64,000 nt of DNA from Patescibacteria group bacterium (GCA_041651155.1 JBAZJU010000001.1:91932-155931), one strand, 5' to 3'. Shown: positions 39,943-50,974, counted from the stretch's first letter. Translations and numbers: made by a program. Notes: generated from the letters alone by a model not told the origin.

Positions 39943-41166
39943 ATGAAGATACTTATGATTAATAAATTTTTTTACAGAAAAGGCGGTTCAGAAGCCTATA
40001 TGTTTGATTTGCTTGAACTTTTAAAAAAAGCCGGCCACGAAGTTGTTGAATTTTCCATGAAAGATGAGAAAAACCAGGCTTCAAAATACTCTGATTTTTT
40101 TATTGATAAAATTGATTTTAACAAAAGGCAGGGTTTTTTAGAGGATTTGAAAAAAGCAGGCCATTTAATTTATTCGTTTGAAGCGAAGAGAAAATTAGAG
40201 GCTTTAATAAAAAAAGCCAAGCCAGATATTGCGCATCTGCATAATTTTAGCTTTCAGCTCACACCTTCTATTTTGCAGACTTTGAAAAAATATAACATTC
40301 CAATTGTTTGGACAATGCACGATTATAAATTAATTTGCCCTAATTACCGCTTATTTACCCAAGGGTCAGTCTGCGAACGCTGCAAAGTCCATAAATATTA
40401 CAATTGCTGGAAGTATAAATGCATTAAAAACAATTCAGGCATGAGCTTTTTAGCAATGCTGGAAATGTATTTGCATAAGCTGATTTTAAGAAGTTATGAA
40501 AAAATTGATTGTTTTATTGCGCCCAGCAAATTTTTAGAGGCTAAAGTTTTAGATTGGGGGATTAATGAAGCCAAAGTTAAACAGTTATACCACTTGCTTG
40601 ATCTTGAGAAATTGAACGTTAATCCTGAAATAGGCGAGGGCTTGCTCTATTTTGGCCGTTTAGCTGAAGAAAAAGGCTTAAAGATTTTGCTGGAGGCAAT
40701 GAAGGACTTGCCAAACATAAAATTAAAAATAGTTGGCGCGGGGCCGCAAAAACAAGAATTACAAAACTATATTGCGGGCAATAATTTAAATAATGTAGAA
40801 ATAGTCAGCCACAAAACAGGATCTGAGCTTTATGATTTAATTAAAAATGCCAGATTAGTGGTGGTACCTTCAATCTGGTATGAGAATAATCCAATTTCTA
40901 TTTTAGAAGCCTTTGCTTTTGGCAAGCCGGTGATTGGCTCAAATTTAGGCGGAATCCCGGAATTAGTCAGAGAAAATAAAACCGGCTTTTTATTTACTGC
41001 CGGAAATAGCCGTGAATTAAAAAATAAAATTGCCCAAAATTATAATAAGGCTGAAGAATTAAAAATATGGGGCGCTAATGCGCGCCAGCTTGTTGCCTCT
41101 ATTTCTAATCCCGCAGATCATTTGCAGTCTTTGCTGGATTTATATCAAAAGCTAATAAAAAAATAA
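39943..41166 (+). CDS. glycosyltransferase family 4
   Basis: PSIWYENNPISILEAFAFGKPVIGSNLGGIPE. Confidence 0.93.
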   Translation: MKILMINKFFYRKGGSEAYMFDLLELLKKAGHEVVEFSMKDEKNQASKYSDFFIDKIDFNKRQGFLEDLKKAGHLIYSFEAKRKLEALIKKAKPDIAHLHNFSFQLTPSILQTLKKYNIPIVWTMHDYKLICPNYRLFTQGSVCERCKVHKYYNCWKYKCIKNNSGMSFLAMLEMYLHKLILRSYEKIDCFIAPSKFLEAKVLDWGINEAKVKQLYHLLDLEKLNVNPEIGEGLLYFGRLAEEKGLKILLEAMKDLPNIKLKIVGAGPQKQELQNYIAGNNLNNVEIVSHKTGSELYDLIKNARLVVVPSIWYENNPISILEAFAFGKPVIGSNLGGIPELVRENKTGFLFTAGNSRELKNKIAQNYNKAEELKIWGANARQLVASISNPADHLQSLLDLYQKLIKK

Positions 41167-41167
41167 T

Positions 41168-42406
41168 ATGGCTAAGGCTCAAGCAAAAAAAATTTTATTA
41201 TTAACCGGGATTTTTTATCCTGATGTTTTTGGCGGCAGCGGCAAACTCGTTTATTATCATGCCAAAGAATTAGTTAGGCAAGGTTTTGCTGTTACGGTTT
41301 TAACCAGGAAATATAAAGAAGAATTTCCTAGCCATGAAAATTTAGAGGGTATTGAGATTTATCGCTATGAATCCAAATTAAATAAAATCTGGGGAAAAAG
41401 CCTGACTGATATTTTTGTTTTGCCAAAAATTATTAAAAAATTCTGTCAAAATACTAATTTTGATCTGGCTATGTTCTATGATGAATTCCAGGTCAATGCT
41501 TTTGTAAAAGCAAAAGTTAATTTACCGGCAATTTACGTTTTTTTGGCCAGTTATGCCCAGGAGCTTGCGCTGGAAGGTTTGGAACGTAAAACAGGCATTA
41601 AGTTTATTGATGGCTTAATTAAAAATATTTGGGTAAAAATTTTAAATAAGATTGAAATAAATAATTTAAAAATTGCGAATAAGATCGTAGTCTTAAGCGA
41701 GTTTTCTAAAAAAATAATACTAGAGATATTGCCTCAAATTGATAAGCAAAAAATAAAGATTATCCCAGGAGGAGTTGACCTGGGCTTGTTTACCGCGCCT
41801 AAAGATAAAAATTTTTTAAAAACAGAATTAAATTTACCTTTAAATAAACTGGTGATTTTAACAGTCAGACGCCTGGTTGGCAGGACAGGAGTGGATAATT
41901 TAATTGCCGCAGTTTCGCAATTAAAGAAAGTATATCCAGATTTTGTGCTTTTGATTATTGGCAGCGGATTTTTGGCTGCCAAGCTTAAAACCATGGTTGC
42001 AGAATTAAATTTACAGGCTAATGTTAAGTTCTTAGGCTTTATTAAAGAAAATGATCTAGTTAAATATTATCAAGCCGCTGATTTATTTGTTTTGCCTACT
42101 TTAGCTTATGAAGGTTTTGGCCTGGCAACATTGGAAGCGCTGGCCTGCGGAACACCTGTTTTGGGCACACCTGTTGGCGCTACGCCTGAAATTCTAAGTA
42201 AAATAAACAAATCCTATATTTTAGCTGGCAATGAACCCGAGGCTATTTTTCAGGGAATTAATAATTTTATCAAACAAAAAGACAAACCTGAAAATTATAA
42301 TTTAAGCCAGCAATTGCGGCAATTTGTAATAAAGAACTATAGCTGGACTAAATCAGGCCAAAGTTTAAAAGAAGAAATTGCTACTTTGCTAGGATTGACA
42401 TTTTAG
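41168..42406 (+). CDS. glycosyltransferase family 4
   Basis: EGFGLATLEALACGTPV. Confidence 0.93.
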   Translation: MAKAQAKKILLLTGIFYPDVFGGSGKLVYYHAKELVRQGFAVTVLTRKYKEEFPSHENLEGIEIYRYESKLNKIWGKSLTDIFVLPKIIKKFCQNTNFDLAMFYDEFQVNAFVKAKVNLPAIYVFLASYAQELALEGLERKTGIKFIDGLIKNIWVKILNKIEINNLKIANKIVVLSEFSKKIILEILPQIDKQKIKIIPGGVDLGLFTAPKDKNFLKTELNLPLNKLVILTVRRLVGRTGVDNLIAAVSQLKKVYPDFVLLIIGSGFLAAKLKTMVAELNLQANVKFLGFIKENDLVKYYQAADLFVLPTLAYEGFGLATLEALACGTPVLGTPVGATPEILSKINKSYILAGNEPEAIFQGINNFIKQKDKPENYNLSQQLRQFVIKNYSWTKSGQSLKEEIATLLGLTF

Positions 42407-42676
42407 TAGCTTGCTGTTAATTTCAAGGCAGAATACTAGAAAAAATATTTACTAAATACTTTAGCAGGGGAGAAAGCTCCCTTTTTTATTATGTTATTTT
42501 TTATCTAAAGTTAGCTCTGAAATTGAATTATATCGGTTTTATCCTTGACAAAGAAGATTAATTATGCTATTATTTATTATTAACATGATTATCAATGATT
42601 TTGTTAAATTGTATGAACCAAGTAGGCAAACAATTAAGCAAAAATGGTAATAAATTTAAATAACAGTGTATATATT

Positions 42677-43828
42677 ATGAAAATTTACTTTATCGGACAA
42701 AAAGGCATCCCAGCCATCTATGGCGGCGTGGAAAGCCATGTGCAAGAATTAGCAACTCGTTTAGCCAAAGAAGGCCACGAGGTTTTTGTCTATGTCCGAA
42801 ATTATTATACTCCTAAAGATTTAAACGAATTTAAAGGCGTGAAATTGATTCATTTGCCTAGCATCAAGACTAAGCATTTAGATGCTATTTCTCATACTTT
42901 ATTGGCTAGTTTGGATGTTTTAAGAAGGGATGCTGATATTATTCATTATCATGCCATTGGCCCTTCAAGTTTGCTGTGGATTCCCAAATTATTCAAAAAG
43001 CAGGCTAAAGTCATTTCCACTTTTCATTCTGATGATCGCAAGCATAAAAAGTGGGGTTTAATTGCCCGCAAATTTTTAGCCTTAGGCGCATATATTTCTG
43101 TCAGATGGCCTGATAAAACAATTGCTGTTTCTAAATATCAGAGTAAAACTCATGGCTTTGAATTTAATGGCGAATTAGAATATATTCCTAATGGCGTGCC
43201 AACCTTTACTCAAGTCAATCCCCAATTAATTACTGAAAAATGGGGATTGCAAGGCAATGACTATATTTTGGCTGTGTCTCGCTTGATTAAGCACAAAGGC
43301 TTGCATTATTTGATCAGAGCTTATTCTATTTTGAAAAATGTTGATAAAAAGCTCGTGATTGTTGGTGAGGCAAATTATACTGATAATTATGTGCAATATT
43401 TAAAGAATTTAGCTGGGGATAATAAGAATATAATTTTTACCGGCAATCAGACCAGCCAGACTTTGGCTGAATTATATTCTAATGCCTATTTATTTGTGCA
43501 GCCATCTGAAGCTGAAGGCTTATCCATTGCTTTACTTGAAGCAATGTCTTATGGCAAGGCTGTGATCTGCAGTGATATTGAACCTAATAAAGAAGCAGTA
43601 TCTGATCTGGCCTTAACTTTTAGAAATAAAAGCATTAGCGATTTAAGCCAGAAATTAAGATACTTATTGAATCATCCTGAAATAGTGAATACCATGGGCG
43701 TTAAATTGCAGGAACGAGCCCTGGTTGAATATAATTGGGATAATATTGCCAAAAGAACCATTGCGCTTTATGAAGCAGCGCGTTCTGAAGAAATGGCAAG
43801 CAAAGCAGTCCAAATTGTTGAAGCTTAA
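42677..43828 (+). CDS. glycosyltransferase family 4
   Basis: MKIYFIGQKGIPAIYGGVE, EGLSIALLEAMSYG. Confidence 0.93.
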   Translation: MKIYFIGQKGIPAIYGGVESHVQELATRLAKEGHEVFVYVRNYYTPKDLNEFKGVKLIHLPSIKTKHLDAISHTLLASLDVLRRDADIIHYHAIGPSSLLWIPKLFKKQAKVISTFHSDDRKHKKWGLIARKFLALGAYISVRWPDKTIAVSKYQSKTHGFEFNGELEYIPNGVPTFTQVNPQLITEKWGLQGNDYILAVSRLIKHKGLHYLIRAYSILKNVDKKLVIVGEANYTDNYVQYLKNLAGDNKNIIFTGNQTSQTLAELYSNAYLFVQPSEAEGLSIALLEAMSYGKAVICSDIEPNKEAVSDLALTFRNKSISDLSQKLRYLLNHPEIVNTMGVKLQERALVEYNWDNIAKRTIALYEAARSEEMASKAVQIVEA

Positions 43829-43980
43829 TAATAATACTTATATAATAAAAAACGTTCTTCTTCGGAAGAGCGTTTTTTAATTTTTAATTACTAATTTTTA
43901 ATTTTAAATCAATGATGAAATGAGATGAAATGATAAAATAAAATTTTTAATAAAACTGGGTATATTAGGTCACAAGGATT

Positions 43981-44265
43981 TCAGGGTCTATCTGATTTAA
44001 TGATTTGGGGGTTTGGGCTGTAATGTTTGTTATTGATCTTCCATTTATCCACATATTGGCCAATGCCTTTTTGATTGGTTTTATTCCTGACAGTGGGCTT
44101 TTTTTGCGACCATTTGAGCAAGCTCTCAAAGTTAAGCTTATAACGTCCACGTACGACAATATAGCGCAATTCCTGGCTTTTAAGCGCGCGCCTGATTGTT
44201 TTTGGATCAATGCCAAAGAGTTTGGCAGCCTCAGATATTGAAAGGCGGATTATATTTGGTTCCAT
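43981..44265 (-). CDS. excisionase-like helix-turn-helix protein
   Basis: LSISEAAKLFGIDPKTIRRA. Confidence 0.85.
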   Translation of the reverse strand: MEPNIIRLSISEAAKLFGIDPKTIRRALKSQELRYIVVRGRYKLNFESLLKWSQKKPTVRNKTNQKGIGQYVDKWKINNKHYSPNPQIIKSDRP

Positions 44266-44348
44266 ATGGTTATAACTTATTTGTCCACGATAATGTGGAC
44301 AAAGTTAGTATATCAGGAACTCTTGATTTTAGCAAGTGTAGAGTAATT

Positions 44349-44383
44349 AGAGGTTCGGCCTCCAATTTGGAGGCCGAACCTCT
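44349..44383. repeat. perfect palindrome (REP-like)
   Basis: AGAGGTTCGGCCTCCAA-T-TTGGAGGCCGAACCTCT. Confidence 0.8.
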
Positions 44384-44513
44384 TTGCGTTTACGAAAGGT
44401 CGCGGATGTACAATTTAGTGTTATTTCGTGTCAATTTTTCGTGGTTCAGCTCCATTTGAACAAAAATTTGATTCATGCTAAAATGCTAATATCTCCAAGA
44501 TGTTATATTGCTG

Positions 44514-44539
44514 TGTAACATTTTTTTAATTCAAACGTC
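44514..44539 (+). promoter_or_regulatory. putative ECF autoregulatory promoter
   Basis: TGTAAC-N16-CGTC just upstream of the sigma ATG. Confidence 0.6.
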
Positions 44540-44546
44540 TTATAAA

Positions 44547-45113
44547 ATGCCTACCAATATCTTTAAAGAAAAATATCTATTATTCCGGGCGAAAAACAAG
44601 GATTCAGAAGCATTTGCCCGCGTGTACGATTTTTATGTGGATAGGATCTACCGCTTTGTTTTTTTTAAAATAAATCGGCCAGATGAAGCTCAGGATATTA
44701 CTTCTGAAGTTTTTTTAAAAACCTGGCAATATATTATTGATGGCAAAAAGATCAATAATTTAAATGCGCTATTTTACAAAATCGCCAGGAATTTAGTAAT
44801 TGACCATTATCGCAAGGCCAGCGCTCAGGATGTGTCGCTGGAGAATATAAAAGCAGATGCGGAGGAAATAAAAGAACTTGCTGATGAGCAAATAAATAAA
44901 ATTGATAAAAAGATACAGGTTGAAAAAATAGAAGAAAAATTAAGAGGGTTAAAAGATGATTATCGCGAAATAATAATTTTAAGATATATTGAAGACTTAT
45001 CAATCGGCCAGATCGCGGAAATAGTGGAAAAGAAAAAAGGCGCGGTGCGGGTTATTTTATATAGGGCGCTGAATGCTTTGAAAGACCTAATGGGTGAAGC
45101 TGATAAAAAATAA
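44547..45113 (+). CDS. ECF RNA polymerase sigma factor
   Basis: AQDITSEVFLKTW, IARNLVIDHYR, LSIGQIAEI...RALNALK. Confidence 0.93.
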   Translation: MPTNIFKEKYLLFRAKNKDSEAFARVYDFYVDRIYRFVFFKINRPDEAQDITSEVFLKTWQYIIDGKKINNLNALFYKIARNLVIDHYRKASAQDVSLENIKADAEEIKELADEQINKIDKKIQVEKIEEKLRGLKDDYREIIILRYIEDLSIGQIAEIVEKKKGAVRVILYRALNALKDLMGEADKK

Positions 45114-45135
45114 AATTTACAACTCAAATAAAACA

Positions 45136-46470
45136 ATGAAGAAACGCGACCTTCTCAAACAAATTAATAATTTGAAAAAAACAATTAAGCCTGATTCAGC
45201 CTGGCAAAAGGCAAATCGGGAGATTTTGCTGTCTCAAATCAAATCCCAGACCAGCGCAGAATTTTCTTATAGCCACAAAATAATGCTGCAGAATTTATTT
45301 CTGGCTGTTTATAAGCCGGTTGGCAGCATGATTTTAATTTGCAGCGTTTTATTCGGCGCCTGGATTGCCAGCGTGGGGGCGACTAAAAACAGCCAGCCGG
45401 GCGATTTATTATACGGCTTGAAATTAACCGCAGAAAGAATGCAGGTTAATTTGACTATGAATGATGAAAAACGTACTAATTTAGAAATCGCTTTTGCTGA
45501 AAGAAGGTTAGATGAAATCAAGCAGACTACTGCCAAAGACGGTTCAAACAAAAACAAGAAGAATCTGGAAGTAACCCTGAAAAATTTTCAGGAAAGCATA
45601 AATAATGTCAAAAGCAATCTGGCCAAATTAGAAGCGACTGATAAGCAGGCTGCTTTGAAAGTTGCTGATTTAATTGATGAAAAGACCAAGTCTTATGTCG
45701 GGATATTAAAAGATCAACAAGATCAAAATCCGCAATTTGTGGCGAGTGAAAACGCTGAACAGGCTATTTCAGATTCCAAAGCAACAGGCAATAAAGCTTT
45801 AAGCGTGATTTTGGAAGAGTTTGAAGCCGGCAATAGCGGCTTGAAAGTTGATGATTTAAGGCAAAAAATTAATACCAGAATTGATGATTTGGATAAAAAC
45901 ATAGAATCAGCCAAAAGTGATATCCCCCTGATTATTGAGAATAAGAAAATAGCTGATGAAGCGGCCGCTGCCAAAGCTCTGGCGGATAAAGAAGCTGCCA
46001 AAAAAGCCGAGGAAGAAGCCGCCGCTAAGGTTTTGGCGGATAAAGAAGCCTTGGCGAAAACGGAGCTAAGCTCCGACGCTTCGGAGCTTAGCTCCGTTCA
46101 GGAAGTTGCTAATACCAATACTAATACATCACCAGAACCGGTTAAAGAAGCCCAGCCAGAATTACAGAACACTAATAGTTCAGCTGAAATCAAGCAAGAT
46201 GAGCAAATAGTTAGCCAGCCTGAAGAGGTTTTGCCAACGATTGATGAGATTAAAAATAAGCCTGCAGAAGCCGCAGCCTTATTGGTCAGAGCGCGTGATT
46301 ATGTAAAAAGCGGTTCTGTGAGCCAGGCTTTTGATCTGGTAAAACAGGCTGATGACATTATGACTTTGGTCAATAAAGTGATTAAGGCAAATAGTGTTTA
46401 TTTAGAAGCACCGGAAGAAGTGAAGGTAGGTGAACCGGTTGATGTAATGACGAACCTTCGTTTGCAGTAG
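45136..46470 (+). CDS. DUF5667-domain putative anti-sigma factor
   Basis: TM followed by SQPGDLLYGLKLTAE...AERRLDE; immediately downstream of the ECF sigma. Confidence 0.75.
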   Translation: MKKRDLLKQINNLKKTIKPDSAWQKANREILLSQIKSQTSAEFSYSHKIMLQNLFLAVYKPVGSMILICSVLFGAWIASVGATKNSQPGDLLYGLKLTAERMQVNLTMNDEKRTNLEIAFAERRLDEIKQTTAKDGSNKNKKNLEVTLKNFQESINNVKSNLAKLEATDKQAALKVADLIDEKTKSYVGILKDQQDQNPQFVASENAEQAISDSKATGNKALSVILEEFEAGNSGLKVDDLRQKINTRIDDLDKNIESAKSDIPLIIENKKIADEAAAAKALADKEAAKKAEEEAAAKVLADKEALAKTELSSDASELSSVQEVANTNTNTSPEPVKEAQPELQNTNSSAEIKQDEQIVSQPEEVLPTIDEIKNKPAEAAALLVRARDYVKSGSVSQAFDLVKQADDIMTLVNKVIKANSVYLEAPEEVKVGEPVDVMTNLRLQ

Positions 46471-46667
46471 CAAACTACGGTTTGCGAAGGCAAATGACAA
46501 AGCATCAATAACAAAATAAATTCAAATAATTAAATTTAAATAACAAAACTTGAATAACAAAAAAATAATCAATGACAAAATCTAGATAACCAAAAAATAA
46601 GAAATAAATAAAAATTTCCGCCTCTGGCGGAAAATAATAAAACAAAAATAAAAATTAAAGTAAAAAT

Positions 46668-47009
46668 ATGGATTTTGATTTGGAGGATAGGACATTAAAA
46701 TTTGCGAAAAATTGCCTTGATTTGTGCAAGCAATTGCAGAAGGATGTTATAAGTTTGGAGTTGGTTAAGCAATTTGTGAGAGCGTGCTGTTCAGTCGGGG
46801 CAAATTATAGAGAAGCAAATGACACAATAACTAAAAAGGATTTTTTACATAAAATTGCGATTTGTCGTAGGGAGTCTAAAGAAAGTAAGTATTGGTTGGA
46901 ATTGTTGCTGCACACTAACCCCAATTTTAAACTGCAAATTGAACCTCTGATTGACGAATCCCACCAACTAGCCCGCATCTTTGCCAGCATCGGCGCGAAA
47001 AAGAAGTAG
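46668..47009 (+). CDS. four helix bundle protein
   Basis: DLEDRT...SVGANYREA...ESKYWL. Confidence 0.92.
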   Translation: MDFDLEDRTLKFAKNCLDLCKQLQKDVISLELVKQFVRACCSVGANYREANDTITKKDFLHKIAICRRESKESKYWLELLLHTNPNFKLQIEPLIDESHQLARIFASIGAKKK

Positions 47010-47149
47010 TTTAGTTATTTGATATTAAGTATTAGTTATTTAAATTTTGAGTTTATTTTGGTTATTAAGTATTAGGTATTTGGTATTCTTTTGGTATTTT
47101 ATATTGGTCATTTGGTATTTGATAAAATTTACAATTTAATTAATAATAG

Positions 47150-47458
47150 CTGGTAAATCGCCAAGGGGATTATGCAGGGTTTCCTTGGCGGTTTATCCGC
47201 TCGTTCTCTGCTTAATTGCAGAGGACACAGCTTTGGATTTTAAAGATCCGAAGCAAGCTAATTAATGCTCTTTGTTTGAAAGCTAGGTTAAAGTATGAAG
47301 ATTAAGGCCTGGATTTCAAAGGGTAAAGGTCGATTTCTGGTTTAACCAGAAGACCTTTTTGGGAACAGGATTACTTTCAAGCCTCTAAGAGGCAAGAAAG
47401 AAACTTAACTTCCTACTCTGGCGATCGGGCAAGGAGTTTAAGAAAGGACAAGTTTAAT
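47150..47458 (+). ncRNA. long multi-hairpin 5' leader of the S-layer-like gene
   Basis: seven consecutive hairpins ending at a GAAAGGA SD. Confidence 0.6.
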
Positions 47459-50400
47459 ATGATTAAGAAAATTTTTACTGTTGGCGTGGTAGTATTGACC
47501 ATTTTTTGGGCTGTCGGTCTAGCAGCATTTGTTCCAACCGCTCAGGCTACAACTTTTAGCTCTGGCGATTTGATCAAAGCTTCTTTACCAGCAGTTTATT
47601 ACTACGGTGCTGACGGCAAAAGGTATGTGTTCCCAAACGAACCAACATACAAAACCTGGTATGCTGACTTCTCCAGCGTGAAAACTATCACTGACGGAGA
47701 ATTAGCCACCATTCAAATCGGCGGCAATGTCACTAACAAACCAGGCGTTAAAATGGTGAAAATCACCACTGATCCAAAAGTATACGCTGTGGCTGCAAAT
47801 GGCACATTGAGGTGGGTAACCACTGAATCACTTGCTGCTTCTTTATACGGTTCTAACTGGGGAGCAATGATTCTTGATGTGTCTGATGCTTTCTTTGTTA
47901 ATTACTCTATTGGCGCTCAAATCAGCAATGTTTCTGATTATTCTCCATCTGCTGCAACTGCTGCTGCTCAATCAATCAATGTTGATAAGGGCTTAGCAGG
48001 CGCAACAACAACTGGCGGTAATTTAAATGTTTCTTTAGCATCTGATACACCAGCTGCTTCTACAGTTGCTGGCGGTGCTGCTGCTAATATGTCAAAGATC
48101 ATTTTAGCTACTGGTTCCGCAGCTGTTAAAGTTAAATCTTTATACATCACTCGTTCAGGCTTAAGCGCAAACGATGATGTTGAAAATGTTAAATTAATCA
48201 ATGTTGCTGGCGCTACTGTTGGCGATGTTGGTTCATTTGGTTCAAACAGCAAAGCATTAATTTCTTTTGTTCCATCATTAGAAATTGCTGCTAATACTTC
48301 AGTCTCATATTATGTCCGTGCTAGTATCAGATTAGGCGCTCCTGCTGGCAACACGGTTGCTTTGGGCGTTGCATTAAATACTGATGTAGTATTGGAAGCA
48401 GGTACTGTTAGCGGTGCATTCCCAGTCGTTGGCAACTACATGTCAATTGTAGCTTTAGCTAACATTGGCAGTGCTACTGTTGGCCAAGATGCAGCAGTTG
48501 TCGATACTATGCCAGATGCTGGCGCAAAAAGAGTTCAGGTCTCTGAATTTTACGTCATGGCTGGTGCAAATGAAGATTTGACTATTGAAGCTATGAGTTT
48601 AATTGAAGCTGGTTCAGCAAATACTGCTGATTCAGCTAATATTGAATTATACAGTTTGACAGAAGGTAGAACATTGGGCACTGCTGCTTCATGGGATGCA
48701 AATTCTCGTGTTACTGTTGGTAGCATGAATGTTGTTATTCCAAGAGGTGGTAAACACATTTTCCAGGTTTATGCTGATATCGTAAGCGGTTCAGGCAACG
48801 TTATTGATGTTGATTTAACTGATGGTACTGATGTTTTAGTAACTGTTAAGGGTAATACCTATGGTTTTTATCTTTCTCCAATAGTTGCTGTGACTCCTCC
48901 ATTAAACTGGGATGGTCAAGGTATTCCAGGAGTAGGTGGTCAAACCGTAGGCGCTGGTTTATTAAATGTTACTAAATCAACTTCTTCTCCAGCTACTGGT
49001 AATATTGCTCGCGCTTCTGATCAGGCAATTGCAACTTATGATTATGAAGTACGAGGTGAATCTATTAAGATTACTTCAACTATGGTTACAATTACAGAAG
49101 GTGCTGCATTTAATAATGTTGTTCCAAACTGGAATAGAGTTGCTAATGTGAAATTAGTTGATGAAAACGGTTTAGTTGTTGCGGGCCCAAAGAATTTAAC
49201 AAATGTATCTGTCGGCGCTGCCGGTGGTGTTACAACTGTTACTTTCAATGAAACTTATGTTGTACCAACTGGTACTCATAAATACACTGTTAAAGTTGAT
49301 GTTTTGAGCAATGCTCCAGCTGGCGCAACAGCTACTTTGGTAGCTAGTTTAACTCCAAGCGCTGATATTACAGCAACTGGGGTTACAACTCGTGAAAGTG
49401 TAGTTCCAACGCCTGCTGTTGCTGTCGCTGGCAATGGTGAGACTATCTTGGGTGTAGCATTAACTGTTACCAATTTAACTCAACCAGCTGCTAGATCAAT
49501 TGCTGTTGGTACTCAGAATTTTGTCTGGGCAACTACTTCATTAGATGCAACTGCTTCTGGTGAAGATGTTCGTGTTTCATCTGTTACAGTTTTGGATACT
49601 TTAGGTGTTGGTAATACTGATGATATGACTGCTTTGCAGAATCTTTCAATCTGGGCAGATTTAACATCAGCTAGTTCTACTCGTGGTGATGCTTATGAAA
49701 CAAAGGTTTCTAATAATGAGCAGCCAACACTTGCTACTACTAAAGCAATTAACTTAACACAAGTTATCACTGTTCCAAAAGGAACTTATGTTAAGATTGC
49801 TGTTGTTGGTAATTTATCAACCTTAGCATTTGTTACAGATACTCACCAGATTAGTATTGCTGCGCCTATAACAGCAACTGGTAAATCAACAGGCAATGCT
49901 CCTGTTATCCCAGCTATTATTACTTTGGGACAGGTAATGCTTGTATCTGCTTCTGGTACTTTAACTGCGTCATTAGATGCTTCTACTCCATTAGCTAATA
50001 TTGTAGTTAGTGGTGCACAAAAGGTTACTGTTGCTGCTTTCAAATTAACAGCTGATAATATTGAAGCTATTGAACTTGATGATCTTTTGGTTAATGATGT
50101 TGCGGCAATTGCTACAAATCCAGTTGCATCAAATTGGTACTTGTATGCAAATAGTCGCGCTGATGGCGGTTCAATTGCTGATCCGGTTGCTGTAGCTGCT
50201 GGCGGTTTTGCGCCACAATTCATTTTAGCTGATAATACAATTGTTGTTCCATCTAATAGCAGTGTTGTCTTGACTCTTAAAGCAGACATCGCCCCTGTTG
50301 ATGGCGCTACTGTAATTAATGGTGATGATTTAATCCCAGAAATTACTGCAGCTGCAAGCATAAATGCTACAGGCGTGTCTTCTGGTGTCCCAGCCACCAT

Positions 50401-50956
50401 CTTTAATGGTCTTGGCTGGTTCCCAAAAACTGCTGCTACAGATTTGGCATTTGCTTCAAAACCAACTATCAGCCTAAATGCTTCTTCTCCAAGCGGTGCC
50501 TTAGTGCCAAGCGCTAATACTTTAGTAGCCATCTTTAATATTGCTGCTGATTCAGCTGATGATATTTCCTTTGATGACGCTGGAAGCGCAGGCACAAAAT
50601 TAGTAGTTACTATGGCTGAAGCTTGTACTGGTGCTGGTGGCGCTACAAATATGATTTTGAAAGACGAAGGTGGCACAGTTTTATCTACCGCAACAGAAGC
50701 TGCTGATGCATGTACTGTTGGCAATAAGACATTTGAAGTCTGGACTAACCCATTAGTTATTGCTAAAGGTACCACCAAGAAAGTATATGTCTATGGTGTT
50801 ACTACTAGTGCAACAACTGCTGGTGATAATTTACAGGCTTCTATTACAGATGCTGCTGCTGGCAATGTTACTTGGGGTATTAATGGTGCAGGTGCTTTTG
50901 CAACTGCTGCCATTACTGCTCGTGGTTCAATTTATGCCAATGCACTTTCTAGATAA
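47459..50956 (+). CDS. major S-layer-like surface protein
   Basis: signal peptide, N-terminal shared surface domain, Ala/Thr/Val-rich beta repeats, strong GCT/GTT/ACT/GGT codon bias. Confidence 0.75.
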   Translation: MIKKIFTVGVVVLTIFWAVGLAAFVPTAQATTFSSGDLIKASLPAVYYYGADGKRYVFPNEPTYKTWYADFSSVKTITDGELATIQIGGNVTNKPGVKMVKITTDPKVYAVAANGTLRWVTTESLAASLYGSNWGAMILDVSDAFFVNYSIGAQISNVSDYSPSAATAAAQSINVDKGLAGATTTGGNLNVSLASDTPAASTVAGGAAANMSKIILATGSAAVKVKSLYITRSGLSANDDVENVKLINVAGATVGDVGSFGSNSKALISFVPSLEIAANTSVSYYVRASIRLGAPAGNTVALGVALNTDVVLEAGTVSGAFPVVGNYMSIVALANIGSATVGQDAAVVDTMPDAGAKRVQVSEFYVMAGANEDLTIEAMSLIEAGSANTADSANIELYSLTEGRTLGTAASWDANSRVTVGSMNVVIPRGGKHIFQVYADIVSGSGNVIDVDLTDGTDVLVTVKGNTYGFYLSPIVAVTPPLNWDGQGIPGVGGQTVGAGLLNVTKSTSSPATGNIARASDQAIATYDYEVRGESIKITSTMVTITEGAAFNNVVPNWNRVANVKLVDENGLVVAGPKNLTNVSVGAAGGVTTVTFNETYVVPTGTHKYTVKVDVLSNAPAGATATLVASLTPSADITATGVTTRESVVPTPAVAVAGNGETILGVALTVTNLTQPAARSIAVGTQNFVWATTSLDATASGEDVRVSSVTVLDTLGVGNTDDMTALQNLSIWADLTSASSTRGDAYETKVSNNEQPTLATTKAINLTQVITVPKGTYVKIAVVGNLSTLAFVTDTHQISIAAPITATGKSTGNAPVIPAIITLGQVMLVSASGTLTASLDASTPLANIVVSGAQKVTVAAFKLTADNIEAIELDDLLVNDVAAIATNPVASNWYLYANSRADGGSIADPVAVAAGGFAPQFILADNTIVVPSNSSVVLTLKADIAPVDGATVINGDDLIPEITAAASINATGVSSGVPATIFNGLGWFPKTAATDLAFASKPTISLNASSPSGALVPSANTLVAIFNIAADSADDISFDDAGSAGTKLVVTMAEACTGAGGATNMILKDEGGTVLSTATEAADACTVGNKTFEVWTNPLVIAKGTTKKVYVYGVTTSATTAGDNLQASITDAAAGNVTWGINGAGAFATAAITARGSIYANALSR

Positions 50957-50974
50957 TTGTTGATTCACTGAGAT

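Noticed and set aside
43981-44265. Excisionase indicating a prophage
   Set aside because: No integrase or phage structural genes; standalone HTH
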